DNA from: an uncultured delta proteobacterium
GTDB lineage: Bacteria > Desulfobacterota > Desulfobaccia > Desulfobaccales > 0-14-0-80-60-11
Length of the DNA stretch: 64,000 bases
NCBI GenBank assembly: GCA_963812015.1
Contig: CAWETI010000002.1
Coordinates: forward strand, 1,568,001 to 1,632,000
Reading direction: 5' to 3'
A model generated the notes under the pieces. It saw only the letters and a list, made by a program, of their open reading frames with translations. It ran no database searches and was not told the DNA's origin. Below are positions 20,554-31,102 of this stretch, in pieces (the stretch's first letter is position 1; every line of letters begins with the position of its first letter). The translations under genes and the position numbers were made by a program.

Positions 20554-21255
20554 AATCAAGTGGGCCTTATAATTGGCTGATTTCCCCCTACGACATCCTT
20601 TTTCACCCCCCCTCCCCCCTCAAGGCGGAGGGAATGATAAGGCGGCTTATACCAGTTGTGGTCAAAGAAGCAGTTTATCCGTCGTAGGGTGGCCACCGGG
20701 GCTGGGGCGGACACATGGGTCGCCCATACTTTCAACTGGCAGACCAGGTTTTATCATCGTTAAGTGTGCCAGCCGTGATACCAACCGCCGCCCTGGCTAT
20801 GGTGGCGGCGCTCAGAGAAATCCTCGCCATAATGGCGGCTGATGCGGTGGTCGCTCCAAAAATTGTCTCCTTGCTCTGACCCTAACTCCGAGGCCTTCTC
20901 TCTTCATGCCATATTAGATAAATCGCGACGCCAGGTGTTAGGCACATTTCCGGCTCGTCGGCTCATTTGCGATATGGCGATTATCTATCTGGCTCTTGAG
21001 AATTTTGGCGATGATGAATCGCCAGGAAAGGCGGCGCTACCTGTACCTACCATCTCTTTCGGTTTAGAAACGGTTAGATAGCAGAAAATTTGCAATCGGA
21101 AGGGAGATGAATAGCGAAGATCTTGCCATTAACGAGACTGATGAAAAATTACCGATGGGGGTGGATATGATCAAGATAGCGAAATAAGCGTTTTGGGTTG
21201 AAGGAATTTCAGAAGAAAAGGGGTGAAGAAAGTCAGGTAAAACCTGGACCCACCG

Positions 21256-22218
21256 TTAAGGAGCAGGTTGCTGGTTGAGGCCGAAGTGGCGGCGGGCGAA
21301 GGCGATGCGGTCTTGGACGGTGGGTAATTCCTGGCAATGCGCTTCCACGAGCTTGACCCGGTGCATGAGGCCGGCGGCGTTGGCGATCTGGATGGCCAAC
21401 CCCGGGCGGGCGTTGAGTTCCAGGAGCAGGGGCCCCAGGTCCTGGTCCAGGACCAGGTCCACCCCCAGATAGCCCAACCCGGTGAGGTCGTGGGCCCGGG
21501 TGGCAACATCCAGCAGCGTCTCCCAATTAGGGATAGTGATGCCCTGGATGCTGTGGCCGGTGTCGGGGTGCTCGGTGACGATCCCCTGGCGGTCCACCCC
21601 CTTGAGGGTAACGCCGCTGGCCAGGTCGATGCCGGCCCCGATGGCCCCCTGGTGGAGGTTGGCCTTGCCCCTGGAGGCCCGGGTGGGCAGCCTCAGCATG
21701 GCCATGACCGGGACGCCCAGGAAAACGATGATGCGGACGTCCGGCACCCCCTGGTAGCAGATGTGTTCGAACACCGGGTCGAACCGGACCCGGTACTCAA
21801 CCAAGGCGGCATCCGTCTGCCCCCCCAGACTGTAGAGGCCGCCCAGGACGTTGAACACATGATGGTCGAGCTCTTCCTGGGTCATGATGAGGCCGCCCAC
21901 CGTGCGATAGTTGGCTCCCGACCGGCCGACGATCACCAGGATGCCCTCGCCCCCGGAGCCGTGGGCGGGCTTGATGACGAAATCCTCGCGGTCTTTGAGC
22001 AGGGCCGGCAGATGGCGCACCTGGTATTCCGACTGCACGACGCTGTAGAGTTCCGGGACCGGGATGCCCGCGACCACGGCAATCTCCTTGGTGCGCACCT
22101 TGTCATCCACCAGGGGATAGTAGCGGCGGGGATTATGGGCCAGGGTGAAGTCGGCGTTACGCCGGTTGATCCCCATGATCCCCAGGTCGGCAAGTCGGCG
22201 GGCCAGCCCGAACATCAC
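21256..22218 (-). CDS. Alpha-L-glutamate ligase-like ATP-grasp protein (RimK-related)
   Basis: GINRRN, VDDK..TK, KPAHGSGGEGI, KANLHQG, LELNARPGLAIQIAN. Confidence 0.92.
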   Translation of the reverse strand: MMFGLARRLADLGIMGINRRNADFTLAHNPRRYYPLVDDKVRTKEIAVVAGIPVPELYSVVQSEYQVRHLPALLKDREDFVIKPAHGSGGEGILVIVGRSGANYRTVGGLIMTQEELDHHVFNVLGGLYSLGGQTDAALVEYRVRFDPVFEHICYQGVPDVRIIVFLGVPVMAMLRLPTRASRGKANLHQGAIGAGIDLASGVTLKGVDRQGIVTEHPDTGHSIQGITIPNWETLLDVATRAHDLTGLGYLGVDLVLDQDLGPLLLELNARPGLAIQIANAAGLMHRVKLVEAHCQELPTVQDRIAFARRHFGLNQQPAP

Positions 22219-23744
22219 CTGCCCTCTTTCGCCAGGACTTTGAAGCGCAGGAGTTCCAGGAGGCGGTAGCCGGAATAGCGCCCCAGGAGCAGGGTGGCGG
22301 CCAGGAGCACCAACAACAGCTCGGGGAAGACGAAAAATAGGTGCTGGATTTCCCGGTGGTGCATCACCAGATAGGCCAGGGCCGCGGCCAAAAGACTCCC
22401 CAGGCCCTGCTTGAGGGCCTCATAGGGGCCACGCTCTTCCCAGACGATGGACATGCGCTCGATGGTCATGGTCAGGATGACCATTGGGAACAGGGCTACG
22501 GAGAGCCCCCGCTCGATCCCCAGCCGGTTGGTGAAAATGCTCATCAGGGCCATCATGATGACCACCACGATGAGGATCGCGGCCAGGCGCGGCACCAGCA
22601 ACAGCTTGAGGCGGTCCAGGTAAAAGCGGATGGTCAAGCCCAGGGCCACCAGGGAACTGAAGAAGACGATGCCCCAGAGCAGCTGGGTCTCCCGAAAGGC
22701 CAGGGCAATGAGCACCGGCATAAAGGTGCCGAAGGTGCTGATGCCGATGATGTTCCGCAAGATCACCAGCAAGAAGCCGCCCACCGGCACCATGAGCAGG
22801 ATGCGATAGACCTGCTGGGAATGAATGGGCAGACTCAGGAGAGAAAACTTAAGAAGCAACGGCTTTTTGATCTGGCCCCGGACCACGGCGGTGTTGATGG
22901 CGGCTTCCACCTCCCGGGTGACGGACAGGATGACGTGCAGGTCGGTGCCGCCGGTCAGCCTGGCCATAGGCAGGGGCCCGCGCCACCAGGCCAGATAATT
23001 GTCGGGGATGCTCGGGGCGCCGGTGATGGGATCGATGGCCTGCCACCACTTCTGGTTATATATTTCCAGCCAGTGGACCACGGGCAGCCGCTCTTTCTGT
23101 TCCTTAAGGGCGATGCCGTGCACCACCCGGGCCGGCACCCCGGCCAGGGCCAGGACTCGCGCCGCCAGCTCCATCTTGCCCGCCTCTGAAGGCTGTTTCC
23201 CCAGGAGGAGGGCGACATTATCATCCGGTTGGGGCTGCTTGAGGCGCTTGAGCAACTCCGCGGCCATGGTTTCATTGTCGGCGGAACGGCGGCGGATGCG
23301 GTCCACCAGGGCGTGGGCCGCGGCCAGGTCGGCTCCCTCGAACCCGGGATTATCAATGGTGGGTGGCTGGATGGGATTGATGGGTTCCCGGGTATTGACC
23401 CGCACCACCTCGGCCCGGTAATAAAGGGTTTGCAACCCATCGGCCTGGCGGATGGACCAGGTGGCCTGGCGGTTGGCGCTCTCAATGGCGGTGACGAGCC
23501 CATAACCCCGGGAGACAAAGGCTTCGTTGGTGACGGCGTAACGGCGGGTCGTCCGGGGGGTGAACAGGGTGACCTTGGCGGGCTCGCTGCCGGCGGTGAA
23601 GGTGACCTTGGCTTCCACGTTCCAGATATAGGACTCGACCCCCGGAGACAGGGGAAAGTTGAGGGCCAGGACTTTGTAGAGAAACAAGCCCAGACCCACG
23701 GCCGCCAAGATGCCGGCCAGAACGTAGAGGTGCGTTTTATTCAA
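22215..23744 (-). CDS. Inactive transglutaminase fused to 7TM domain
   Basis: GVPARVVHG..HWLE transglutaminase-like region without catalytic Cys; TFGTFMPVLIALAF and LFPMVILTMTIER 7TM motifs. Confidence 0.9.
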   Translation of the reverse strand: MNKTHLYVLAGILAAVGLGLFLYKVLALNFPLSPGVESYIWNVEAKVTFTAGSEPAKVTLFTPRTTRRYAVTNEAFVSRGYGLVTAIESANRQATWSIRQADGLQTLYYRAEVVRVNTREPINPIQPPTIDNPGFEGADLAAAHALVDRIRRRSADNETMAAELLKRLKQPQPDDNVALLLGKQPSEAGKMELAARVLALAGVPARVVHGIALKEQKERLPVVHWLEIYNQKWWQAIDPITGAPSIPDNYLAWWRGPLPMARLTGGTDLHVILSVTREVEAAINTAVVRGQIKKPLLLKFSLLSLPIHSQQVYRILLMVPVGGFLLVILRNIIGISTFGTFMPVLIALAFRETQLLWGIVFFSSLVALGLTIRFYLDRLKLLLVPRLAAILIVVVIMMALMSIFTNRLGIERGLSVALFPMVILTMTIERMSIVWEERGPYEALKQGLGSLLAAALAYLVMHHREIQHLFFVFPELLLVLLAATLLLGRYSGYRLLELLRFKVLAKEGR

Positions 23745-24246
23745 GGCCGGCAGGATTGGGGCAATTGGGCTCGACGGTATACTTGGCCGAGGGGTCGATG
23801 ATCACAGCGCCTTCCATAAATTTGCGTCCGATGAGCATCCGGTAATTAAACCCGGTGCGGTCCACCAGATTGACCTCCGTTTCCTTATAGAGGTTGCCCA
23901 GGCAAACCCCCAGTTTGATAACGGGACACGTCTGGGCTTGAAGATAATGCCGCTTGATGGTGGCATTGCGCAACAGGGGCCGCTCAATGGTAATCTTTCG
24001 GCCATCCCCTTCGATCACGTCAAAGCGCACCCAAGGTTGGCCGTCGCGGTCAAACTGCGTGAGGTTGGCGGCGTCAAGAGAACTGTACTCCGCCCCGGAG
24101 TCCAGCTTGGCGTGGACGAGGAAGTTGCCGGGATAGATGCGGACCTTCTCGATCCATCCCACCATGGTTTTCTCCCCGGCGGCCGCAGGCAGGGCCAGAA
24201 CCAGGGCGCCGAGCAGGCCGGCGAGGAGAACGGACGGATATTTCAT
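23737..24246 (-). CDS. Secreted RimK-associated retropepsin-like aspartyl protease (family usually labelled ATP-dependent Zn protease)
   Basis: Signal peptide; GWIE, AKLDSGA..SSL, VNL.DR, MLIGR. Confidence 0.88.
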   Translation of the reverse strand: MKYPSVLLAGLLGALVLALPAAAGEKTMVGWIEKVRIYPGNFLVHAKLDSGAEYSSLDAANLTQFDRDGQPWVRFDVIEGDGRKITIERPLLRNATIKRHYLQAQTCPVIKLGVCLGNLYKETEVNLVDRTGFNYRMLIGRKFMEGAVIIDPSAKYTVEPNCPNPAGLE

Positions 24247-24464
24247 AATTCACCTGCTTGAAAAAGTGATATTAGGTGTAGCGCTCGCATGACTTTTCTG
24301 GGGCAGACAATTTTTAACCGGCTCGAAAAATCCTGGTCGGCGGCACCACTTCCTGGCAGGCCCGGCCAATCCCCCGGGGAGAGGCGCACGCCTTCCTCAA
24401 CCCTTATTGTAATAGAAAACCCGGTTTTCACCAAATTACGGCGGCAGCACGAAAAATATTTTCC

Positions 24465-25292
24465 TCAGTCTTTACCGGGCTGGCATTCGGGACAGAAGAA
24501 GGTGCTGCGCCCGGCCTGGACCAGGCGAACAATGGGGGCGCGGCAACGGCGACAGGGTTCACCGGTCCGGCCATAGACCAGCAGCTCCAGCTGGAAGAGG
24601 CCGGCCTCACCTTTGCTGTTGAGATAGCTGGCTACCGTAGTGCCGCCCTTTTTAATGGCGTGCTTGAGGATCCTCCTGGTCTCGGCCAGCACCCGGTCCC
24701 AGTCCTCCAGGGTCAGGCGGCCCACCGGGGTGGCGGGATGCTGCCCCGCGGCAAAGAGGATTTCACAGGCATAAATGTTGCCGATGCCGGCCACTACCCG
24801 GGCGTCCAAGAGGAAGTTTTTGATGGGCCGAGACCGGCCCCGGGCCTGGGCTAGCAGCCAGGCCGGGGTTACTTTCCGGGAGAACGGCTCGGCCCCTACC
24901 TGGGCCAGGGGCGTGGGATCCACACCGGGAGGAAAGACCAGGACCTGGCCGAAACGCCGGGTATCCTGGAAAAGCAGGTCCAGACCGCCTTCCAGTTGAA
25001 AGACCAGGTGAACGTGGGGGAGGGGAGGGGAGGGGAGAGGCCCGGTGAGGAGGCGGCCGGTCATGCCCAGATGGATGAGCAGGGTGACCCCGCCTTCCAG
25101 GTGGAACACGAGGTATTTGCCCCGGCGCCGGAGGCTCTCGAGGCGTCGCCCCAGGACCCAGCGGCGCAACTCCCGGGGCGAAGACTGCTGCCGGAGACGT
25201 TGCTTACCTACCTGGATGGCCAGAAACCGCCGTCCCTGCAGCAACGGGGCCAGGCCCCGGCGGATGACCTCTACTTCAGGGAGTTCAGGCAT
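24465..25292 (-). CDS. mutM: Formamidopyrimidine-DNA glycosylase
   Basis: MPELPEVE N-terminus, RRGKYL, HLGMTG, GIGNIYA, C-terminal zinc finger. Confidence 0.97.
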   Translation of the reverse strand: MPELPEVEVIRRGLAPLLQGRRFLAIQVGKQRLRQQSSPRELRRWVLGRRLESLRRRGKYLVFHLEGGVTLLIHLGMTGRLLTGPLPSPPLPHVHLVFQLEGGLDLLFQDTRRFGQVLVFPPGVDPTPLAQVGAEPFSRKVTPAWLLAQARGRSRPIKNFLLDARVVAGIGNIYACEILFAAGQHPATPVGRLTLEDWDRVLAETRRILKHAIKKGGTTVASYLNSKGEAGLFQLELLVYGRTGEPCRRCRAPIVRLVQAGRSTFFCPECQPGKD

Positions 25293-25342
25293 AGACGAGA
25301 CTCCGGGGGGCGGCGGGGCGGGGCTTCAAGGAAAAACCTGGC

Positions 25343-25558
25343 CTAAAAAAGCATGTCCAGGAAGTGTTCGTGGTATTCTCGCAGCTCTTTGTGGCATTCT
25401 CCGCAAAAGAGGCGCACTTCCCCCTGGATCTCGGAATCATCGCTCACCGAAGAGAAACTACCGTCTTCGTTTTGTACGTAAAACGTGGTTATGGTCACCC
25501 CTTCGGCGACCTCGTAAAAATCCGTATCATTGCCGCAATAAGGGCAGGCAATCCTCAT
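25343..25558 (-). CDS. Small zinc-ribbon hypothetical protein
   Basis: CPYC...CGEC; start overlaps the stop of the upstream TPR gene. Confidence 0.75.
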   Translation of the reverse strand: MRIACPYCGNDTDFYEVAEGVTITTFYVQNEDGSFSSVSDDSEIQGEVRLFCGECHKELREYHEHFLDMLF

Positions 25559-26169
25559 TTTCCATTCTCTTGCTGGATGAGTTGTTTCGGGTCTTGCTTA
25601 TATAAGGCGTTGTTGGGCGCCAGCTTGCGGGCCAGTTCCATTTCGATGGCGGCCCGTTTAAACTGCTGGTGGGAGATGCGCTTTTTGCCCTTATTGGCGT
25701 AAATCTGCCCCTGGTGGGCGAACAGGCAGGCCAGATAATAATGGGTCCGGGGGTTCTTGGGGTTGAGCTCGTTGGCGGACTGAAGATCATGTTCGGCTTG
25801 CTTGTACTTCTGCTGGTGGTAATGGATGATGCCCAGGTTGCGCCACAGGACCGCCCCGGAGGTCTTGTCCGGGCTTTTTATGGTCTTGAGGATCAGCAGT
25901 TCCAGGCGGGCCATGGTCTCTTGATCATTGAAGGTGTTGCTGCCATCGGCCAGGAGGCGGTCACTCAGGTCGGCCACCTCGGAGGCTGACAGGGTGCGTC
26001 CGGTCAGGCCTTCCTTCAATATAGCCAGGTCGGAGGTTCCGGGAGAGGACGGCTCCGCCGGGAAAACCGCGGCGGCTTTCGGGGGCGGCGCCTTCGGCGC
26101 CGAGCCACAGCCTAACAATCCACCCAGCAGAAATAGCGCCAACCAGGCAGCAACCACACGTGTCATCAT
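25555..26169 (-). CDS. TPR-repeat lipoprotein
   Basis: Lipobox LLGC; NLGIIHY..A..L.P.NP..HYYLA TPR pattern. Confidence 0.8.
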   Translation of the reverse strand: MMTRVVAAWLALFLLGGLLGCGSAPKAPPPKAAAVFPAEPSSPGTSDLAILKEGLTGRTLSASEVADLSDRLLADGSNTFNDQETMARLELLILKTIKSPDKTSGAVLWRNLGIIHYHQQKYKQAEHDLQSANELNPKNPRTHYYLACLFAHQGQIYANKGKKRISHQQFKRAAIEMELARKLAPNNALYKQDPKQLIQQENGK

Positions 26170-26449
26170 GAACCCAGGATCTCTCTCTGCCAGATGGAAT
26201 TTACGAACTAGTACCCTATCCACCGCAGGCCGTCAACCCCTTTTTGACCGGGGGTTGCCGGGCAAAGCCGGGAGATAGTAAGGGTCTGTCGGGGAAATGT
26301 TGGAAACCCTTGGGCAAAGTCTGTCGGTTGACGCGACCGGGGCGCAAGCGCTTGAGACAATGGTCAGCCAGATTAAGGGCCGGTTCCCGGTCGCCGGTGG
26401 TTGGCGATAAAAACTAACATTTGATATTGTCTACACGATACGCTATCTT

Positions 26450-27826
26450 TTGACTCAGTTTACCTTACTGCCGAATGCGCCCGGAGCCGCCCCAACCTTG
26501 GAAACCCTACCACCGGATTGCAAAAACCTCGAATCTATCCTGGACCACCTCCCGGATGGGATCATCTGCCATGATCGGGAGCGGCGGATTATCTGTTTCA
26601 ACCGGGCGGCGGAAGTCTTAACCGGTTACGCCCGGGCCGAGGTTGTGGGCCGGGACTGCCATGAGGCCTTTGGACGGCCGTTTTGCGGCAATCAATGCTC
26701 CTTTTGCGGGCAGGCGCCGGAGACCTGGACCAACCTCAACTACCCCCTCAATATTGTCACCAAGACTGGCGAACCCAAACAGGTCCAGATGGCGGTGGTG
26801 GGCATGAAGGATGCGGAGGGGCACCTGACCGGAGTGCTCGCCACGATCCGGGACATCACCAGCCTGGTGGGTTTGAAATTCTGGACCGAAGAATCAACCG
26901 GCTTCGCGGGCATTGTCGGGCGGGACCCCAAGATGGTCCAGATCTACCGGCAAATTCAAAAATTGGCGGAGCATGACTATCCCGTACTGATTACCGGGGA
27001 GACCGGCACGGGCAAAGAGTTGGTGGCGGCCGCGATTCACAGCGAAAGCCGGCGCCATCACGGCCCTTTTGTGCCGGTGAATTGTGGGGCCCTGCCCGAA
27101 GGCGTGGTAGAAAGCGAGCTTTTCGGGCACGTCAAAGGCGCCTTTTCCGGGGCGGTACGGGATAAAAAGGGGCGTTTCGAGCTGGCCCACGGGGGCACGA
27201 TCTTTCTGGATGAGGTGGCCGAGCTGGCCAAGAACCTCCAGGTAAAATTGCTGCGGGTTTTGGAAAACCACACCTTTGAGCGGGTGGGGGGCGAGAAGTC
27301 CATCACCGTGGACGTGCGGGTGCTCAGCGCCACCAACCGGGATCTCAAACGGGAAGTAGAAAAGCAGCGGTTTCGGGAAGACCTCTATTATCGCCTCAAC
27401 GTGGTGCCCCTGAAGCTGCCGCCCCTCCGGGAGCGACCGAACGACATCCCCCTGCTGCTGGAATATTTTCTGGAGCAGGCCAGGGGCCGGGGCCAGGCAG
27501 CCCCGCGGTTTTCCCCGGAAGCCGTAGCCCTCATGAGGCAGTATCCCTGGCCGGGGAATGTGCGGGAACTGCAGAACGCGGTGCATTATGTCCTGGCCGG
27601 TTGCCAGGGCGAGGTGGCGGGGCCGGATGACCTGCCCCCGGAAATCAGGCAGGGCCGTCCGCTCCGGGGGCCCGCCCCCAAGCTCAATCCGGAGGCCGTA
27701 ACGGCCGCCTTGCAGCAGTGCGGCGGCAACAAGGTCAAAGCCGCCAGACTGCTGGGGGTGGGCAGGGCCACCCTCTACCGCTTTCTGGTGTCCCATGAGG
27801 CATCTTTGTCTCACGAAGCAAGGTGA
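26450..27826 (+). CDS. Sigma54-dependent activator, PAS-AAA+-Fis HTH, OrpR-like
   Basis: GETGTGKE, ESELFGH.KGAFSGA, FLDEV, WPGNVREL, AARLLGVGRATLYR; PAS carries C-X8-C-X3-C. Confidence 0.93.
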   Translation: MTQFTLLPNAPGAAPTLETLPPDCKNLESILDHLPDGIICHDRERRIICFNRAAEVLTGYARAEVVGRDCHEAFGRPFCGNQCSFCGQAPETWTNLNYPLNIVTKTGEPKQVQMAVVGMKDAEGHLTGVLATIRDITSLVGLKFWTEESTGFAGIVGRDPKMVQIYRQIQKLAEHDYPVLITGETGTGKELVAAAIHSESRRHHGPFVPVNCGALPEGVVESELFGHVKGAFSGAVRDKKGRFELAHGGTIFLDEVAELAKNLQVKLLRVLENHTFERVGGEKSITVDVRVLSATNRDLKREVEKQRFREDLYYRLNVVPLKLPPLRERPNDIPLLLEYFLEQARGRGQAAPRFSPEAVALMRQYPWPGNVRELQNAVHYVLAGCQGEVAGPDDLPPEIRQGRPLRGPAPKLNPEAVTAALQQCGGNKVKAARLLGVGRATLYRFLVSHEASLSHEAR

Positions 27827-28000
27827 GAAGTTTTGTCGTAACTTCCTCTGAAAGATCAAGCTCTTATCTTAAGTGGGGCGGAGGTGTCTCATGGCCGCCG
27901 GCCGGCCCTCTCAGGTAGTTGATCCGTCCTCACCTCTTGCCTGGTTAGTAAGCCATTGATTTTCCTAGACATGATGATTATAAGATCAGGGGCAGACGGG

Positions 28001-28016
28001 TGGCACAAATCTTGGA
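28001..28016 (+). promoter_or_regulatory. Putative sigma54 (-24/-12) promoter
   Basis: TGGCAC-AAATC-TTGGA: perfect -24 box and variant -12 (GG for GC), between an activator gene and the rubredoxin cluster. Confidence 0.6.
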
Positions 28017-28083
28017 TTAAGAAAGGGCAAGGTTCGGGGAAGGACCAGGGAACCCCCCGGGAAATTCAATCAGGAACTTGCCC

Positions 28084-28287
28084 ATGGCGCCTACGAATGA
28101 ATGCCTCAAAAGGACTCTGGAGTTGGCCGAACGCATGCTGAAGCTGGCCGACGAAGGAGATGCGGCCCGCAAAGACGTGGGGTGCGGCGTGCTTTACGGG
28201 GTTTTGCGGGATTCGGCTTACCGCATCAAGAAACTGGCCGAGTCGGAGCGCCAGGCCCACATCAAAAAAGGCGGCTGGGAAACATAG
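28084..28287 (+). CDS. Small helical hypothetical protein
   Basis: AGGA RBS upstream; LADEGD...D.GCGVLYG.LRDSAY; first gene after the sigma54 site. Confidence 0.75.
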   Translation: MAPTNECLKRTLELAERMLKLADEGDAARKDVGCGVLYGVLRDSAYRIKKLAESERQAHIKKGGWET

Positions 28288-28303
28288 GTTAAAGGAGCAC
28301 AGC

Positions 28304-28462
28304 ATGCAAGACTACCAGTGTGACATATGCGGTTATCTCTACGAACCATCTAATGGCAACCCGGGGGCGAATATTCCCCCCAACACCGCGTTTGAAAATC
28401 TCCCTGCCGATTGGGTCTGTCCCATCTGCGGAGCCGGGAAAGACCAGTTCACCGCGGTTTAA
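28304..28462 (+). CDS. rub: Rubredoxin
   Basis: YQCDICGYLY...FENLPADWVCPICGA; AAGGAG RBS. Confidence 0.95.
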   Translation: MQDYQCDICGYLYEPSNGNPGANIPPNTAFENLPADWVCPICGAGKDQFTAV

Positions 28463-28564
28463 TGAGCCTTTAAATCCGGGAGAAACCTGAAAAGGCCCCC
28501 ACCGGGGTGAACCTGAAAGAGCCAACCCAGAAGCAACCATGACACTTTTGCACAGGAGGAAACC

Positions 28565-29059
28565 ATGACGAAATCCGAACAATTTTTGATGGAAGCGTTT
28601 GCCGGTGAATCGCAGGCCAACCGTAAGTATTTGGCGTTTGCCAAGCAGGCGGAGAAAGAAGGCTATCCCCAGGTGGCCAAGCTCTTTCGGGCCGCCGCCG
28701 CGGCGGAAACCGTCCATGCCCACGCCCATCTTAGGGTGGCGGGCGGCATTAAGACTACTGCGGAAAACCTCAAGGCGGCCATCTCTGGGGAAACCCACGA
28801 ATTTGAGCATATGTATCCGGAAATGATTGCCGCGGCCCAGGCCGAAGGCAACAAGGCGGCGGAACGCTCCTTCTCCTATGCCAATGAGGTGGAAAAGGTC
28901 CACGCCGGCCTGTACGAGAAGGCCCTGGCCAACCTGGGCAAAGAGGAAGGCGTGGACTACTACGTGTGTTCCGTCTGCGGCTACACCTGTGAAAACGAGC
29001 CCCCCGAGAAGTGCCCGGTGTGCAACAGCGGCGCCAAGGCATTTTCCAAGGTGGTCTAA
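28565..29059 (+). CDS. rbr: Rubrerythrin
   Basis: AFAGESQA, E..HA, E..H diiron ligands; C-terminal CSVCGY..CPVC. Confidence 0.95.
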   Translation: MTKSEQFLMEAFAGESQANRKYLAFAKQAEKEGYPQVAKLFRAAAAAETVHAHAHLRVAGGIKTTAENLKAAISGETHEFEHMYPEMIAAAQAEGNKAAERSFSYANEVEKVHAGLYEKALANLGKEEGVDYYVCSVCGYTCENEPPEKCPVCNSGAKAFSKVV

Positions 29060-29159
29060 GGCAATTGCGACCCGCCGGCCACCACCGAGTGACCGGCGGA
29101 ACCCATGACGGCCGAGACCGGGTCAAGGGCCCGGGGCTGGCGGTAAGGAGAGTTAAGCA

Positions 29160-29534
29160 ATGACGGAGAAACTGCAAATCTACAAATGTGAAGTCTGCGG
29201 CAATATCGTTGAGATGCTCCACGGCGGGGCCGGTCAGTTGGTATGTTGCGGCCAGCCGATGAAGCTCTATCAGGAAAACACGGTGGATGCCGCTAAAGAG
29301 AAACACGTGCCGGTGATCGAAAAGACCGCCGAGGGCATCAAGGTGAAAGTGGGGAGCGTGGCCCACCCCATGGAGGAGAAACACTATATCGAGTGGATCG
29401 AAGTTATTGCGGACGGCAAGGCCTACCGGGCATTCCTCAAACCGGGGGAGGCGCCGGAAGCGACGTTTGCACTCAAGGCCGAGAAGGTTACGGCCCGGGA
29501 GTACTGCAATCTCCACGGTTTGTGGAAATCGTAA
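29160..29534 (+). CDS. dfx: Desulfoferrodoxin (2Fe superoxide reductase)
   Basis: [34 protein letters not shown]. Confidence 0.96.
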   Translation: MTEKLQIYKCEVCGNIVEMLHGGAGQLVCCGQPMKLYQENTVDAAKEKHVPVIEKTAEGIKVKVGSVAHPMEEKHYIEWIEVIADGKAYRAFLKPGEAPEATFALKAEKVTAREYCNLHGLWKS

Positions 29535-29569
29535 GCCTTGGCCGGTGACCACCGGCAGAATGACAGCCA

Positions 29570-29650
29570 GGCCGCCGGGGTTGCCGACCGGCGGCCCCGG
29601 CGGCCGAACCTGGAGCGCTGCCCCGTAGCGGGGGATGGCGCTTTTTTGTT
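29570..29650 (+). terminator. Strong hairpin followed by Rho-independent terminator after dfx
   Basis: GGCCGCCGGGG..CCCCGGCGGCC stem, then agcgctgcccc..ggggatggcgct + T run. Confidence 0.65.
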
Positions 29651-29830
29651 TCCGGGGGGGCCGGATAGGCCCCCTAATAGGGGTCCCCGGATGGCTCCGA
29701 GATCGCCTCATCTTGAGGAATGGAACCCAGATTGTAGATATTTTTTTGCGGTTTTTGGGCTAAGTCAAAGACTAGCCGGTCAAGACGTATTATTTTGAGG
29801 AGCATTAACCAGCGACGGGAGGCGATCTGC

Positions 29831-31102
29831 ATGAAAAATTTAGTTATTTTGGGGCATGGCACCGGCGGCACCATCATCGCCGCCAAGATGCGGCAAAAAC
29901 TGCCGGAGAAGGAATGGCAGATAACCGTAATCGACCGGGACTGGCAGCACCACTACCAGCCCGGCTGGCTCCTGATTCCTTTTGGGATTTACACCGCGGC
30001 GGACTGCGTCAAGCCCAAGGCTAAATTTGTGCCTCCTGGGGTCAAGTTTATTCTGGACGATATCACCGGGATTGATCCGGTCAAAAAGCAGGTCAAAACC
30101 GGGCGGGACACCTATCCCTATGATTGGCTGGTGGTGGCCACCGGCTGTCGCATCATGCCGGAAGAAGTGGAGGGCCTGACCACCGGATGGGGCGAGGCTA
30201 TCCATAATTTCTACACCCCAGACGGCGCCGTCGCCCTATGTGAGAAGCTGAAGTATTTCGACAAGGGCAGGGTGGTGCTCAACATCGCCGAGTTGCCCTT
30301 TAAATGCCCGGTGGCGCCCCTGGAATTCGTCTTCATGGCCGACTGGTTTTTCACCATCAACGGCGTGAGGGACCGTGTGGAAGTCGAACTGGTGACGCCG
30401 CTACCGGGGGCCTTTACCAAACCCAAGGCCGCGGAGATCCTGGGCCAGATATGTGAGCAGAAAAAGATCAAGGTCACCCCCAATTACCAACTCGCCGAGG
30501 TGGACTCGGAAAAAAAGATTCTCAAGTCTTATCAAGGCCAGGAGGTCCCCTATGATCTTTTGGTCTCCATTCCGCCGAACTTCGGGGCCCAATGCATCAT
30601 CGACAGCCAGATGGGGGACCCTATGGGCTATGTGGAGACCGATAATTTTACCTTGAAGGCCAAGAAATTCGACCATATTTTCGTGGTGGGTGACGCCGCC
30701 AACGTGCCCACTTCCAAGGCGGGATCCGTGGCCCACTATGAGGCCGATGTGATTTGCGACAACCTGCAGCGGGAAATCGACGGCCATGAAGCCAAGCCCG
30801 ATTACGACGGCCACTCCACCTGCTTCGTGGTCACGGGATACAGCCAGGGTTCTCTGCTGGATTTCAACTATAAGATCGAACCCTTGCCGGGTAAGTATCC
30901 TTTCCCCGGCCTGGGGCCCTTTGACCTGCTGGGCGAGAGTTTTGTCAACTATATGGGCAAGATGATGTTCCGGTGGACCTATTACAACCTGATGCTCAAA
31001 GGCAGCCACCTGCCCCTGGAAAGCCAGTTCGTGATGGCCGGCAAGGTACGCGGCATTCTTGCTCCGGATATCGAGATGCCCCTGAGAAGGAGGCGGCCAT
31101 GA
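29831..31102 (+). CDS. sqr: Sulfide:quinone oxidoreductase-like flavoprotein (type III-like)
   Basis: ILGHGTGG FAD motif, HHYQPG, KCPVAPLE, GDA..VPTSKAGS, YDGH..CF. Confidence 0.88.
   Translation: MKNLVILGHGTGGTIIAAKMRQKLPEKEWQITVIDRDWQHHYQPGWLLIPFGIYTAADCVKPKAKFVPPGVKFILDDITGIDPVKKQVKTGRDTYPYDWLVVATGCRIMPEEVEGLTTGWGEAIHNFYTPDGAVALCEKLKYFDKGRVVLNIAELPFKCPVAPLEFVFMADWFFTINGVRDRVEVELVTPLPGAFTKPKAAEILGQICEQKKIKVTPNYQLAEVDSEKKILKSYQGQEVPYDLLVSIPPNFGAQCIIDSQMGDPMGYVETDNFTLKAKKFDHIFVVGDAANVPTSKAGSVAHYEADVICDNLQREIDGHEAKPDYDGHSTCFVVTGYSQGSLLDFNYKIEPLPGKYPFPGLGPFDLLGESFVNYMGKMMFRWTYYNLMLKGSHLPLESQFVMAGKVRGILAPDIEMPLRRRRP

Noticed and set aside
20573..21250. Short ORFs and degenerate REP-like pieces in the intergenic region
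   Set aside because: No coding signal or motif; palindromes too degenerate to define
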